Shown piece by piece: positions 1-16,599 of a stretch of 64,000 nt of DNA (within the stretch, counting starts at the first letter, position 1; every line of letters starts with the position of its first letter). The translations under genes and the position numbers were made by a program. Under the pieces are notes generated by a model. That model was given only the letters and a program-made list of their open reading frames with translations, was not told the origin of the DNA and made no database searches. Location: the NCBI GenBank assembly GCA_964426415.1, contig CAYRQM010000003.1, forward strand, positions 9,935-73,934. The letters are read 5' to 3'. The stretch comes from an uncultured Christensenella sp. (GTDB lineage: Bacteria; Bacillota; Clostridia; Christensenellales; CAG-138).

Positions 1-1841
1 TTCTACCGTTTCTTCTCGATATTGGTGCACATACAGGTCGTGATAGTACCCGTTTTGCGCCAACAGCTGCTCGTGCGTGCCGCTTTCTTGAATCTTGCCG
101 TCGCGGATGACCAAGATGCGGTCTGCGTTGCGAATGGTGGAAAGCCGATGCGCGACAACGATGCTGGTGCGTCCCGCAAGCACCGTGTCGATGGCATTTT
201 GGATGAGCTGTTCGGTCTCGGTGTCAATCGAGCTGGTGGCTTCGTCCAACACGAAGATTTGCGGATCGGCAAGGATGACGCGCGCAAAGGACAAAAGCTG
301 CTTTTGCCCCGTGGATAGCAGCACGCCGCCTTCGCCCACTTCGCTGTCGTAGCCGTCCTTTTGCCGTTCGATAAAGTCGTCGGCGTGTACCATCGCGGCG
401 GCATGTCGAACCTGTTCGTCGTTGGCATCGGGCTTTCCGAAGCGAATGTTGTCCCGAATCGTGCCCGAAAACAGGTGCGGCGATTGCAGCACATAGCCCA
501 GCCCCGACTGAAGCCAAAGCTGAGAGCGTTCCCGATAGTCGCGCCCGTCGATGAGGATGCGGCCCGCCGTCGGTTCATAGAAGCGGCAAATCAGATTGAC
601 GATGGTGCTTTTGCCTGCGCCCGTTTCACCGACCAGCGCGACGGTTTCACCTTGTGAAATGTGCAGGTTGAAATCCTCTAAAATCGGCTCGGTCTGCTTG
701 TAATAGAAATCGACGTGCTCAAACGTAATCTCGCCTTTGAGCGGTTCCCAGTTCTCGCGCTTCGGGTCCATGGTGGTGCCATACTTGGCTTCCGCTTCGG
801 GCGAGTCCACGATGTCGCTCTTGGTATCCAGCAGCGAAATGACGCGCTCGGCGCTTGTTTGTGCGCTTTGGAAGTCGGCAAAGATGCCCGCAAGCTGTTG
901 GATCGGGTCGAACAGACTGGAGGCGTAGTTGATGAAGGAAACCAGCGTTCCTGCAGTGATCACGCCGATGAACGTTTCCGTGCCGCCGATGGAGGCTTCT
1001 ACGCCCGCACCGCCCAGAATCAGCGCGGCGGCGGTTCCAACAGCGCCCAAAGAAATGACAAGGGGGAAGAGCGTTGCGGAAAGCACCGAAGCGCGGATGC
1101 TTGCCTTTTTCATGCCCGTGGTCAGATCTTCAAATTCGGCGTTGTTGCGTTTCTCCCGCACCAGCGTCTTAGTGGTCATGGCGCCCATGATGCCTTCGTT
1201 GAACGCGCTTGTGATGCGGCTGTTTTGCTTGCGCGCAATGCGCTGCTGCTTGAGAATGGCACGCTGCAGCACGATGCTGACGGCGGCAAGCGGCGGAATG
1301 ACCGCGAAGACGATCAACGCCAATTTCCAGTTGAAGAGCAGCATGGCGATGATGGTGAACAGAATATAGAAGCCCGACCACAGACAGTCGCAGATGCTCC
1401 AAGCGATCATGTCGCTCAATCGTCCGACGTCGCTGACCATACGCGCCATCAGATAGCCCACAGAGGTTTTGTCGTAGAAGGAGAAGGACAGCTTTTGCAG
1501 GTGCAAAAACGTTTCCTGCCGCACCGCATATGCGATCGACATTTCCAAATCGCCCGTCCGTGCAATGAATTGGATGGTGCAAAACCCTTGCGCAAGCACG
1601 GCGCACGCGTAGAGCGCCAAGAATCCCCACAGCCCGTCGATGGTTGGCGTGCCGGACGGATTGACGAAGTTGTCGATGGCGTAGCGCGTAAAGAGCGGAT
1701 AGGCGGCGTCCACCACGGCGACAAAGACCATGGCACAGATGATTTTTGCCAACAGCTTGCGATCGCGCACGGCATATTGATATAGGCGCTTCCAAATCGC
1801 GCCGTCGATTTTGTTGTTTTGGAAGTCGCGTTCTTCGATGC

Positions 1842-1845
<4 letters not shown>
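1..1845 (-). CDS. ABC exporter, fused permease/ATP-binding protein (3' end runs off window)
   Basis: Own translation of the minus strand from ATG at 1845 (MSIEERDFQNNKIDG...). It is absent from the ORF track because no stop lies inside the window. N-terminal TM region, Walker A GETGAGKST, signature LSTGQKQ, Walker B IFVLDEATS. ATGA overlap with the upstream partner gene. Confidence 0.9.
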
Positions 1846-3659
<1,814 letters not shown>

Positions 3660-3660
3660 A

Positions 3661-5907
3661 TCAGAACATCTCTTGCGGATTGACCTCTAAGGAGACCTCC
3701 GCACAGTCGTTTTTGTGGGATGCGTGGAACGCGTAGACGGCGCGTACGACTTCGGGCAATCGTTTCGTGCGCAGCACCTTCAGCAGAATCTGGTAGCGCG
3801 CAAAGCCGGATATTTTGGCGACGGGCGCTTCGGCTGCACTGAGCAGCAGAATGTCGTTTTCACCCTCTGTGCCAAGCAAGGTGCGCAAGGTTTGTTCCAA
3901 CGCCTTTGCGTCCTCCAAGCAGGCGTCGGCGGCGCGCTGCTCCGCATGGTCTGCAAACACGATGCGCAGGAACATGGAGAACGGGGGATAGAGCATCTTT
4001 TTGCGCTCCATAATCTCGTATTGGTAGAACCCGTTGTAGTCCTGCTCCTTCGCAAAGCGGATGACGGGATGCTGCGGCGCATACGTTTGCAAAACGACGA
4101 CGCCCTTTTGCGCGTCGCGTCCCGCACGGCCCGCCACCTGCGTCAACAGCTGAAACGTGCGTTCAGGTGCGCGAAAGTCGGGTAAATTCAGCGTGGTATC
4201 GGCGGCGACAATGCCGACCAGCGTGACGTTGGGGAAGTCGTGCCCTTTGGCAATCATTTGCGTGCCAATCAACACCTGCGTCTCTTGGCTTGCAAAGGCG
4301 GACAAAATGCGGTCATAGCTGCCCTTTGCCTGCATCGTGTCCGCATCCATGCGCAGACACTTCACGGTGGGGAACAGCCGCTTCACCGCTTCTTCGACCT
4401 GCTCGGTGCCAAGCCCAAACTGCTTGATAAAGCGCTTGCCGCAGTTGGGACAGGTGACGGGCAGCGGCTTGACCGCGCCGCAATAGTGACAGCGCGTGCG
4501 TCCTTCCGCCTTGTGATAGGTGAGGGAAATATCGCAGTTGTCGCACTTTTGGACGTATCCGCAGCTGCGGCAGGAGACAAACGTCGAGTAGCCGCGGCGG
4601 TTGATGAACAGCATCGCCTGATGCCCGTTTGCAATGCAGGTGGAAAGCGCTTCGACCAGCTTGTCGGAGAAGATGCCGTTGTTGCCCATCAAAAGCTCGT
4701 CCTTCATATTGACGACCTCTACGGTGGGCAGCGGGCGGCCCTCCACGCGATTCGGCAGCGTGCAAAGCGTATAGCGTCCCGAAAGCGCACGGTAATAGCT
4801 CAACAGGGACGGCGTTGCGCTTCCGAGCACCAGCGTGCCATGACATTGCTTGACCCGTTGCGCGGCAACCTCGATGGCAGAGTAGCGCGGCGTCTTTTCG
4901 CTTTGGTAGCTGGTCTCGTGTTCCTCGTCCACGATGATGAGCCCCAGCCGATCGGTCGGCGCGAAGACGGCGCTGCGTGCACCGATCACGATGTCTGCAA
5001 CGCCCAAGCGAATCCGCCGCCATTCGTCGAATCGTTCGCCGACGGACAAACGGCTGTGCAGCACGGCGATGCGATCGCCGAAACGGTCTTGGAAGCGCCC
5101 AACGGTTTGCGGCGTCAGGGAGATTTCAGGAACCAACACGATGGCTTGGCGGTTTTGCTCGATGCAATGGGCGATGGCGGTTAAATAGACTTCCGTTTTG
5201 CCGCTGCCCGTGACGCCGTGCAACAGGACGGTATCGGCGCCTTCGCCGCGCAAGGATGCCCCAATGGCGGAAACGGCGTGCATCTGCGCGTCGTTGAGCG
5301 TGTGGGCTTTGGCAGGCAGCGTCTTGGTGTACGGGCGGCGAAAGACGGAAACGGTGTTCTCCGTCAGCAACCCCTTTTTCACCAACGTCTTTGCGGCGGA
5401 AGCGTATTGCGGACACATCTTAGAAAGATCCGCAACGGCGACTTCGCTGTTTGCTTGTCCCATGATGGACAATACTTCATACTGCCTTGGGGCGCGCTTT
5501 TGCTCGCTGCAGGCGGACTGCCAATCCACGCCTTCGGCAAGCCGCACCGTCAAAACGGTCTTTTCACGCACGCGCTGCCCTTTCAGCTGCGCGGGTATCA
5601 TGACGGAGAGCGCGTCGATGAACAGGCAATGATACGCTTTGCACATCCAAGCGGCGAGCGTCAGCTGGTCGGGCAGAAGGACGGGGTAGGGCTCGATGAT
5701 ACGGGCAATCTCCTTGATTTTGTCGGCGTCCACGTCGGTCTCGTCGGTCAGGGCGACCACAAAGGCTTCCGTGGGTTTGTTGCCCGCGCCAAAGGGCACC
5801 ATGACGTGATGCCCAAGCTGCACAGGAAGCGCTTGCGGGATCGCGTAAGTAAACCGTCGATCCACGGCGGCGTTTGCTGTTTCAATGATGACCTGTGCGT
5901 AGCGCAT
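3661..5907 (-). CDS. priA: Primosomal protein N' (replication restart helicase PriA)
   Basis: 748 aa. Walker A GVTGSGKT, DEEH box IVDEEHE, Cys-rich zinc region CRSCGYVQKCDNCD...CHYCG. Position after rpoZ as in Bacillus. Confidence 0.95.
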   Translation of the reverse strand: MRYAQVIIETANAAVDRRFTYAIPQALPVQLGHHVMVPFGAGNKPTEAFVVALTDETDVDADKIKEIARIIEPYPVLLPDQLTLAAWMCKAYHCLFIDALSVMIPAQLKGQRVREKTVLTVRLAEGVDWQSACSEQKRAPRQYEVLSIMGQANSEVAVADLSKMCPQYASAAKTLVKKGLLTENTVSVFRRPYTKTLPAKAHTLNDAQMHAVSAIGASLRGEGADTVLLHGVTGSGKTEVYLTAIAHCIEQNRQAIVLVPEISLTPQTVGRFQDRFGDRIAVLHSRLSVGERFDEWRRIRLGVADIVIGARSAVFAPTDRLGLIIVDEEHETSYQSEKTPRYSAIEVAAQRVKQCHGTLVLGSATPSLLSYYRALSGRYTLCTLPNRVEGRPLPTVEVVNMKDELLMGNNGIFSDKLVEALSTCIANGHQAMLFINRRGYSTFVSCRSCGYVQKCDNCDISLTYHKAEGRTRCHYCGAVKPLPVTCPNCGKRFIKQFGLGTEQVEEAVKRLFPTVKCLRMDADTMQAKGSYDRILSAFASQETQVLIGTQMIAKGHDFPNVTLVGIVAADTTLNLPDFRAPERTFQLLTQVAGRAGRDAQKGVVVLQTYAPQHPVIRFAKEQDYNGFYQYEIMERKKMLYPPFSMFLRIVFADHAEQRAADACLEDAKALEQTLRTLLGTEGENDILLLSAAEAPVAKISGFARYQILLKVLRTKRLPEVVRAVYAFHASHKNDCAEVSLEVNPQEMF

Positions 5908-5916
5908 AACCCCTCC

Positions 5917-5952
5917 AAAAAGAAATACCCGTCACGATTGCGTAACGGGTAT
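5917..5952 (-). terminator. Hairpin plus U-tract between rpoZ and priA (possible attenuating terminator)
   Basis: The minus strand reads ATACCCGT-12nt-ACGGGTAT followed by TTCTTTTT, then the GGAGGGG SD of priA. Confidence 0.45.
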
Positions 5953-5969
5953 CGGATGTTCACAGCGAA

Positions 5970-6164
5970 TTAAACCTCTTTCGATGCGACAATCGTGATT
6001 TGCCCGTTGTACAGCTCGTTGACTGCCACGGAAACCGGCTTGCGATCCCCGAGCTTGTCGGGATGATCCTGCAAGTAGCGTGCGCGTGCGGCGACGCCGG
6101 TGACCAAGGTGTAACGGCAGCCTGCCAAAGCAACCAGTTCGTTGAGAGAAGGACGATTCATCAT
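5970..6164 (-). CDS. rpoZ: DNA-directed RNA polymerase subunit omega
   Basis: 64 aa starting MMNRPSLNELV...RYTLV..AARRARYL-like. Immediately after gmk with an ATGA overlap, the conserved gmk-rpoZ pair. Confidence 0.85.
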   Translation of the reverse strand: MMNRPSLNELVALAGCRYTLVTGVAARARYLQDHPDKLGDRKPVSVAVNELYNGQITIVASKEV

Positions 6165-6787
6165 AGTGTGTTACCTCCAATTAGAGTTAGAATTTGTTCT
6201 TGGTTGCGCGCTGTTGCGCACAGTTCGGCGTCGATGATGGCTTCCATCTGGCGCACGGCGTCTTCGACCAAATCGTTGACGACAACGTAATCGTAAAACG
6301 GAATCTGCTGCATTTCGGAGAATGCGGTTTGCGTGCGGATTCGGATTGCCTCGTCGGATTCGGTGCCGCGTCCGATCAAGCGGGCGTGCAGCGTTTCCAT
6401 GGAGGGCGGTGCGATGAAGATGAGAACGGCGTCGGGACAAGCCTCTTTTACCTTCCGCGCACCCTGCACGTCAATCTCCAAGATGACGTGATTGCCTTTC
6501 TTGCGCTCTGCCTCTACATAGGCACGGGGCGTGCCATAGTAGTGCATTCCAAAGACGTGCATATATTCAAGGAACGCGTTTTGCTCGATCATTTGTCGGA
6601 ACGCTTCGGGCGTTTTGAAGAAGTAATGAACGCCGTCCGTTTCGCCTGTTCTTGGTTTGCGCGTCGTCGCCGATACCGACATTTTGATTTCGGGATGGCG
6701 TGCAATCAGCGCGGTATCGATCGTTCCCTTGCCGACGCCTGCCGGCCCGGAAACGACCAGCAACAGTCCATCTTGCTTGAGCCGCAT
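6161..6787 (-). CDS. gmk: Guanylate kinase
   Basis: P-loop GPAGVGKGT, with the rest of the sequence alignable to Gmk. Start trimmed to ATG 6787 (GGAGG 7 nt upstream); the track start at 6823 would overlap remA. Confidence 0.9.
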   Translation of the reverse strand: MRLKQDGLLLVVSGPAGVGKGTIDTALIARHPEIKMSVSATTRKPRTGETDGVHYFFKTPEAFRQMIEQNAFLEYMHVFGMHYYGTPRAYVEAERKKGNHVILEIDVQGARKVKEACPDAVLIFIAPPSMETLHARLIGRGTESDEAIRIRTQTAFSEMQQIPFYDYVVVNDLVEDAVRQMEAIIDAELCATARNQEQILTLIGGNTL

Positions 6788-6795
6788 ACTGCCTC

Positions 6796-7053
6796 CTATT
6801 CCTCCGTTGGTTCGGCGTTCCATCTGTGCGCGATGGTTTCGGGCTGGAGCGCCGAAAGAATGATGTGTGCGCTGTCCATCACCAGAACGGCGCGGGTCTT
6901 ACGCCCACAGGTGGCGTCGATGAGAAGGTTGCGTTCCCGCGCATCCGCAATGATGCGCTTGCTGGGTGCGGCGTCCGGCGCGACGATTGCTATGATGCGC
7001 TGCGCTTGGACGATGTTGCCGAACCCGATGGAAAAGAGGGATACTTCCTTCAT
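6796..7053 (-). CDS. remA: RemA/DUF370 family regulator (YlzA-like)
   Basis: 85 aa. IGFGNIV...[17 protein letters not shown]...[31 protein letters not shown] matches B. subtilis RemA nearly residue by residue. Confidence 0.9.
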   Translation of the reverse strand: MKEVSLFSIGFGNIVQAQRIIAIVAPDAAPSKRIIADARERNLLIDATCGRKTRAVLVMDSAHIILSALQPETIAHRWNAEPTEE

Positions 7054-7056
7054 AGT

Positions 7057-7932
7057 TTACTCCAAATTTTGGATTTGTTCCCGCAGCTTTTCGACTTCGG
7101 CTTTACAAAGCAGGACGGCGGAAGTCAATGCAGCGTCGTTCGCCTTGCTGCCGATGGTGTTGCACTCTCGGTTCATCTCTTGTACGATGAAATCCATTTT
7201 GCGTCCAATCGGCTCGTCGGCGTCCAAGTAAAGAAGAAATTGGTCGATGTGGCTCTTGAGCCGCACCAGCTCTTCGTCGATGCAGCAGCGATCCGCAAAG
7301 AGCGCCACCTCGGTCGCAAGCCGCGCACGGTCGATCTCGGTATCCGAAAGCGCTGCGGCAATGCGCTCGTTGAGCTTCTTGCGATACGCTTCGGTGACAT
7401 ATGGCGCACGCTCCAAAATGGTTTCGCGGTATTCGCTCATGCGGGAAACGCTTGCCAAAAGCGCAGCCTTCAGGCGTTCGCCCTCCGCAATGCGCATGAC
7501 GCACAGTGCGTCGATGGCGTCATTCAGCGCCGCATTGGTCAGCGCAAGCAGCACGTCGCTGTCCTCGTCGGCAGGAAGAATCTCGGTCACATCGGGCAAC
7601 CGCAATACGGCAGAAAGCGTGAGATCGTCCTTTAGGGCAAGGGATTCGTTTGCCGCACGCGCCGCCTTGACGTATGCCATAAGCAGCGGTTCGTCGACGC
7701 GCACCGTATTGGCGTCGTCACGCGTGTTGCGATAGTTGACAAAGACGTCGATGTGCCCGCGGCTTAACCGTTCGGAAAGGACGCGGCGAATCGTGTCTTC
7801 GATACAGGAAAGCATCCGCGGCAAGCGCATGCCGATGTCCAAAAAACGATGGTTGACGCTCTTCAGCTCGATGGTCAATTCCCGTCCGTCGACTGCGGCA
7901 ACGCCTTTGCCATATCCGGTCATGCTTTGCAT
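7057..7932 (-). CDS. YicC/YloC family stress-induced protein (endoribonuclease-like)
   Basis: 291 aa. N-terminus MQSMTGYGKG is typical of YicC. C-terminal DUF1732-like helical region ending EVEKLREQIQNLE. Synteny with remA-gmk. Confidence 0.9.
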   Translation of the reverse strand: MQSMTGYGKGVAAVDGRELTIELKSVNHRFLDIGMRLPRMLSCIEDTIRRVLSERLSRGHIDVFVNYRNTRDDANTVRVDEPLLMAYVKAARAANESLALKDDLTLSAVLRLPDVTEILPADEDSDVLLALTNAALNDAIDALCVMRIAEGERLKAALLASVSRMSEYRETILERAPYVTEAYRKKLNERIAAALSDTEIDRARLATEVALFADRCCIDEELVRLKSHIDQFLLYLDADEPIGRKMDFIVQEMNRECNTIGSKANDAALTSAVLLCKAEVEKLREQIQNLE

Positions 7933-7955
7933 ACCAAATCCTCCACTGAATCTTC

Positions 7956-7985
7956 ATTATAACATGCCTGTACAACAATTGACAA
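7956..7985 (-). promoter_or_regulatory. Sigma-A type promoter of the yloC-remA-gmk-rpoZ operon
   Basis: Minus strand: TTGTCA, 18 nt, TATAAT with TGt extended -10. About 25 nt upstream of the GGAGG SD. Confidence 0.5.
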
Positions 7986-8001
7986 GCAAAATCATGAAAT
8001 A

Positions 8002-13152
<5,151 letters not shown>

Positions 13153-13155
13153 GCT

Positions 13156-13710
13156 TTACTCCTGTTCGTTGTTTGTGGGGGCGTCGTTGTGCATCAGCTT
13201 GTCCCAAATGAGATCGTAGAGCGCGCCGCTTTGGGCGTTCCAGTTGCTTCGCATCGCAAGCGCCGCCTCTTGGGACGCCACGGAAAGCGTGATGCCGAAG
13301 ATGACCTGTTCGTTTTCTTGTACCGACAGGCGCAGACTGTAGCCGCCCAATCCGTCGGGCGCCATGGAAGAGGACACCTGCGCTTCCCGCAGAAATTCGT
13401 CGCGGTGCAGCGATAAGTAGGCGGACAGCTTTTCACGTTGGGAATGGGGGATGGAATCAGCAAACATCTTCAGCGCGTCCCGTCCCGCGTCGGTCAGCCC
13501 GTAACAGGCGCCAAACGAACGGGGAAACGCCGCCAAGAACCCATCTTCTTCCAGCTCAGGGAGCACCGTTTCAAAGGTGAAATAGTCCATGCAATCGTTG
13601 GAAAACGATGTGCGGTACAATTGCTCGTGGGTGAGCGGCGTGTCGGCAAGCTGCAGAATGGTCAGCAACAACAATTTGCTTTTTGTGTCGCCATGGGTAA
13701 AATACGGCAT
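13156..13710 (-). CDS. DUF4364-like hypothetical protein
   Basis: Start trimmed to ATG 13710 (GGAGG 6 nt upstream). Winged-helix-like N-terminus (LLLLTILQLADTPLTHEQL). The family call is from memory only. Confidence 0.55.
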   Translation of the reverse strand: MPYFTHGDTKSKLLLLTILQLADTPLTHEQLYRTSFSNDCMDYFTFETVLPELEEDGFLAAFPRSFGACYGLTDAGRDALKMFADSIPHSQREKLSAYLSLHRDEFLREAQVSSSMAPDGLGGYSLRLSVQENEQVIFGITLSVASQEAALAMRSNWNAQSGALYDLIWDKLMHNDAPTNNEQE

Positions 13711-13778
13711 AACATACCTCCATATGTGAGAATAGTGTATCATAAATGTGAAAACTTCTCAAGGGGATTCAAATTTCT

Positions 13779-13806
13779 TTGACAAAAATTCCGTTTGCGG
13801 TATAAT
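13779..13806 (+). promoter_or_regulatory. Strong sigma-A type promoter of the sortase gene
   Basis: TTGACA (13779-13784), 16 nt, TATAAT (13801-13806). GGAGGG SD at 13819 and ATG at 13830. Confidence 0.6.
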
Positions 13807-13829
13807 GGGGACATGACTGGAGGGTTGAC

Positions 13830-14807
13830 ATGACTACAGACAAAAAGAAAAATGTTCCGACGCTCATTTTGATGATCGTGCTGATTGCAGTGATCGTCAT
13901 TTGCGTTGTTGCCATTTCCATCATTGGGGTCAAGTGGGCTTGCGAGTGTGTCAATGATCAGACGCAGGCAGAACAGTTCACCGATGGAAACAACACGGAA
14001 GATGCATATGCCGACTTCGAAGCCCAAAAGAGCTATGTGCTTGCCGTGCAGCAAGCGGAGGCGACGGCGTCTTCGGATATTCCCGGCATGACCGATCCGG
14101 ACGCAACGACAGTTCCCGACGCAACGCAGGATGCAGATGCAACCGATTCCGCTTCCGCGACTTCGAAACCGAGTTCGGGTGGTTCGAGCAGCACGTCCAA
14201 GCCGAGCAGCAGTTCGGGACAGACGTTCACGCTCAAAACCATTTCGGTAGATTTCTCGCAACTGCTTTCGCAAAGCTCTGACGTCGTTGGCTATCTGTAC
14301 CTGCAAGACAGCAAGATCAGCTATCCTGTGGTACAGGCTTCCACCACCGATCCCGCCTTCTATCTGCATCACGCGTTTGACGGCACGGACGCCGACTCCG
14401 GCGCTTTGTTCATCGACGCCAATGCAAGCGGCACCTTCTCCAATTCCAACACGGTGATCCACGGGCATCGCATGAACAGCGGCACCATGTTCGGCAAGCT
14501 TAAGAGCTTCGCCAAGAAGAGCTATTTCGAAACGCACCGCATCATGACGCTGTACACGCCGTCCAAAAACTACTACGTCTACATTTTTGCAGCGTACGAG
14601 ACGGACATCGGCAGCGGCTATGAGCAGCAGACCTTCAGCAGCTCGGCGGCGTACCAAGATTTCCTCACCGCGTGTCAGGTCAAATCCGCGTACAGCACGG
14701 GCGTTGTCCCCACGACGGATGACAAGATCATCACGCTGTCCACTTGCGTTGCGGGGCGCGACACCAAACGCTTCATTGTGCAGGGTGTTCTGCTTCCCAT
14801 GGCATAA
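13830..14807 (+). CDS. srtB: Class B sortase
   Basis: 325 aa. N-terminal TM anchor, low-complexity S/T/D linker, catalytic HGHRM and TLSTC motifs, conserved Arg near the C-terminus. Confidence 0.85.
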   Translation: MTTDKKKNVPTLILMIVLIAVIVICVVAISIIGVKWACECVNDQTQAEQFTDGNNTEDAYADFEAQKSYVLAVQQAEATASSDIPGMTDPDATTVPDATQDADATDSASATSKPSSGGSSSTSKPSSSSGQTFTLKTISVDFSQLLSQSSDVVGYLYLQDSKISYPVVQASTTDPAFYLHHAFDGTDADSGALFIDANASGTFSNSNTVIHGHRMNSGTMFGKLKSFAKKSYFETHRIMTLYTPSKNYYVYIFAAYETDIGSGYEQQTFSSSAAYQDFLTACQVKSAYSTGVVPTTDDKIITLSTCVAGRDTKRFIVQGVLLPMA

Positions 14808-14947
14808 AAATTGCGCTGTAAGCCGCCTTTCGGGGCGGCTTATGCGTCAAAAACATCCAACTTCATGATACGCCTGTGGATGCGCAGCAGCGATCCCGCA
14901 CAACGAACCGGAGAACGCGGCGGCGACACGTTCGACAAGGAGGAAAC

Positions 14948-16333
14948 ATGAAAAGAATTCTCGCATGGATCATGGCGCTTTGCATGGCGCTGATCTGCGT
15001 TCCGCTGACCGCCACCGCGCGTGCAGAGGACAGCGCTTCCCGTGCAAGCAAGTACGACTACTATTGCTATATGCCGAATGTCTATTCGGACGAGATCACT
15101 GTCACCATCAAAGGCAAACAGTATCTGCGCTATCCCGTCAAGGTCTGCGATTTGGCGTCTGTGACGTCGGTTGGCGGCACTTCGGTCGGCGGTCTGATCA
15201 TCGACTGCGGGAACCTCTTCCTTGCATACGAAGCGGATAAGATCACCTATGTGATGGACAACGTCACCACGCGTGAGAGCTGCTTTTCAAACCTGTCCTA
15301 CAGTCCGTTGAGCGGTTCGATCAACAGCTCGGACTATTCTGCTGTTCGTGGGCAAACCACCAATACAAAAACGGATTCCGCTTATGGCACGCTGACGACT
15401 TACAACTTCGCATTTGTGTCCGACAACAACGCTGGCTTGGCGCCCAACGCGGACAATGAAATGGCGTGTCTATACTTCGCAATTCCCGATCTCCCGGACG
15501 GCACCGTCCTGCATTTCGAGTTTGTCAATGGGATTCGCGCTATGGACGGTTCGACCTTCGAAAGCCAACTGTTCGTGATTGACCGCGCCGATATGCTCAG
15601 CAAGAACAAAACCCGCACCCCGATCGACTTCGAACAAGCGCATATCGGATTCATCAATGGGACGATCACAATGGGCACAGAGCCGGTTGCGACCGCCACG
15701 CCGAATGCAACTGCGGCGCCCACATCCACCCAAACGCAAAGCACCACGATGGGCGCTTCCACCGCAACGCCCGCTGCAACAACGCATTCCACCGCAACGG
15801 CAGGCACGGTCACCGCAACGCCCAACGGCACCTGTTCGACCAGCCACGTTTGGGCGGACGCCGCCACTTTGACGGCAGCGACCTGCACTGCGGCGGGTTC
15901 CAAGAAGCAAGTTTGTTCCAACTGCGGCGCGACGCAAACCGCGGTCATACCGGCATTGGGGCATGAGATGAGCGACTATCAAATCGTGACGGCAGCCACC
16001 TGCGCCGCCACGGGCGTCAAGCGCAGCACCTGTTCCCGCTGTGGCTATTCTGTGGAACTGGCGGTGCCAAAAGACCCGAACTGCCATTCCGAATTGGTGG
16101 CAGCACACGGCGTCGCCGCGACCTGTATCAAGGCGGGTCTCACACCCGTTTGCCACTGTTCCGCCTGTCACAGGGTCTCCATCCCGCAAACGGTGATTCC
16201 CGCGTTGGGACACAACTGGGATGCAGGCGTCGTGATTACGGCGGCAACCGCAACACAAGAAGGCGTCATGCAGTACACCTGCCTGCGCTGCGGCGCCACC
16301 AAGCGCGCTTCTATTCCTGCGACCAATCCGTAA
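14948..16333 (+). CDS. Secreted protein: beta-rich N-domain, T/P/A linker, C-terminal Cys3-His repeat modules
   Basis: Start trimmed to ATG 14948 (AAGGAGGA SD). Signal peptide MKRILAWIMALCMALICVPLTATARA. Modules of the form ATC-x2-G-x5-C-x2-CG...IPALGH repeat four times (last copy degenerate) from about 15830. Confidence 0.7.
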   Translation: MKRILAWIMALCMALICVPLTATARAEDSASRASKYDYYCYMPNVYSDEITVTIKGKQYLRYPVKVCDLASVTSVGGTSVGGLIIDCGNLFLAYEADKITYVMDNVTTRESCFSNLSYSPLSGSINSSDYSAVRGQTTNTKTDSAYGTLTTYNFAFVSDNNAGLAPNADNEMACLYFAIPDLPDGTVLHFEFVNGIRAMDGSTFESQLFVIDRADMLSKNKTRTPIDFEQAHIGFINGTITMGTEPVATATPNATAAPTSTQTQSTTMGASTATPAATTHSTATAGTVTATPNGTCSTSHVWADAATLTAATCTAAGSKKQVCSNCGATQTAVIPALGHEMSDYQIVTAATCAATGVKRSTCSRCGYSVELAVPKDPNCHSELVAAHGVAATCIKAGLTPVCHCSACHRVSIPQTVIPALGHNWDAGVVITAATATQEGVMQYTCLRCGATKRASIPATNP

Positions 16334-16360
16334 TGCGCCTTCCAAACTTTCATAACAGCA

Positions 16361-16395
16361 AAAGCGACGCCATTGCATGACGTCGTTTTTGTTTG
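16361..16395 (+). terminator. Rho-independent terminator after the secreted-protein gene
   Basis: AAAGCGACG, 11-nt loop, CGTCGTTT followed by TTTGTTTG. Confidence 0.6.
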
Positions 16396-16479
16396 TCTGC
16401 ACGTTCCCATTTTGTAGAGACGGTGCCGCGGCTTGCGTGCGCATAGATTATGCAGAAAGGGACGCAGAGAAGTCCGTCT

Positions 16480-16554
16480 GTCATCCTGAGGCTGTGCCGA
16501 TGGATCTTGCGTGCAGGCGGGAGATTCTTCCTCGCTGCACTGCGTCAGAATGAC
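16480..16554. repeat. 75-nt interspersed hairpin element (GTCATCCTGAGG...GGATCT...GATTCTTC...CGTCAGAATGAC), copy A
   Basis: Same termini and internal boxes as the copies at 19845-19919 and 20018-20092. The ends are imperfect inverted repeats. Confidence 0.7.
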
Positions 16555-16599
16555 TGCGCGCGATTATGACAGCGCGTGTTGCGAAAGGCACATCATCCC

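Noticed and set aside
14817-14842. The hairpin TAAGCCGCC-tttcgg-GGCGGCTTA after srtB as a terminator that separates srtB from the secreted-protein gene.
   Set aside because: The stem is good, but it is followed by TGCGTCAAAAAC rather than a U-tract. I therefore leave srtB and the downstream gene as possibly co-transcribed and do not annotate a terminator.
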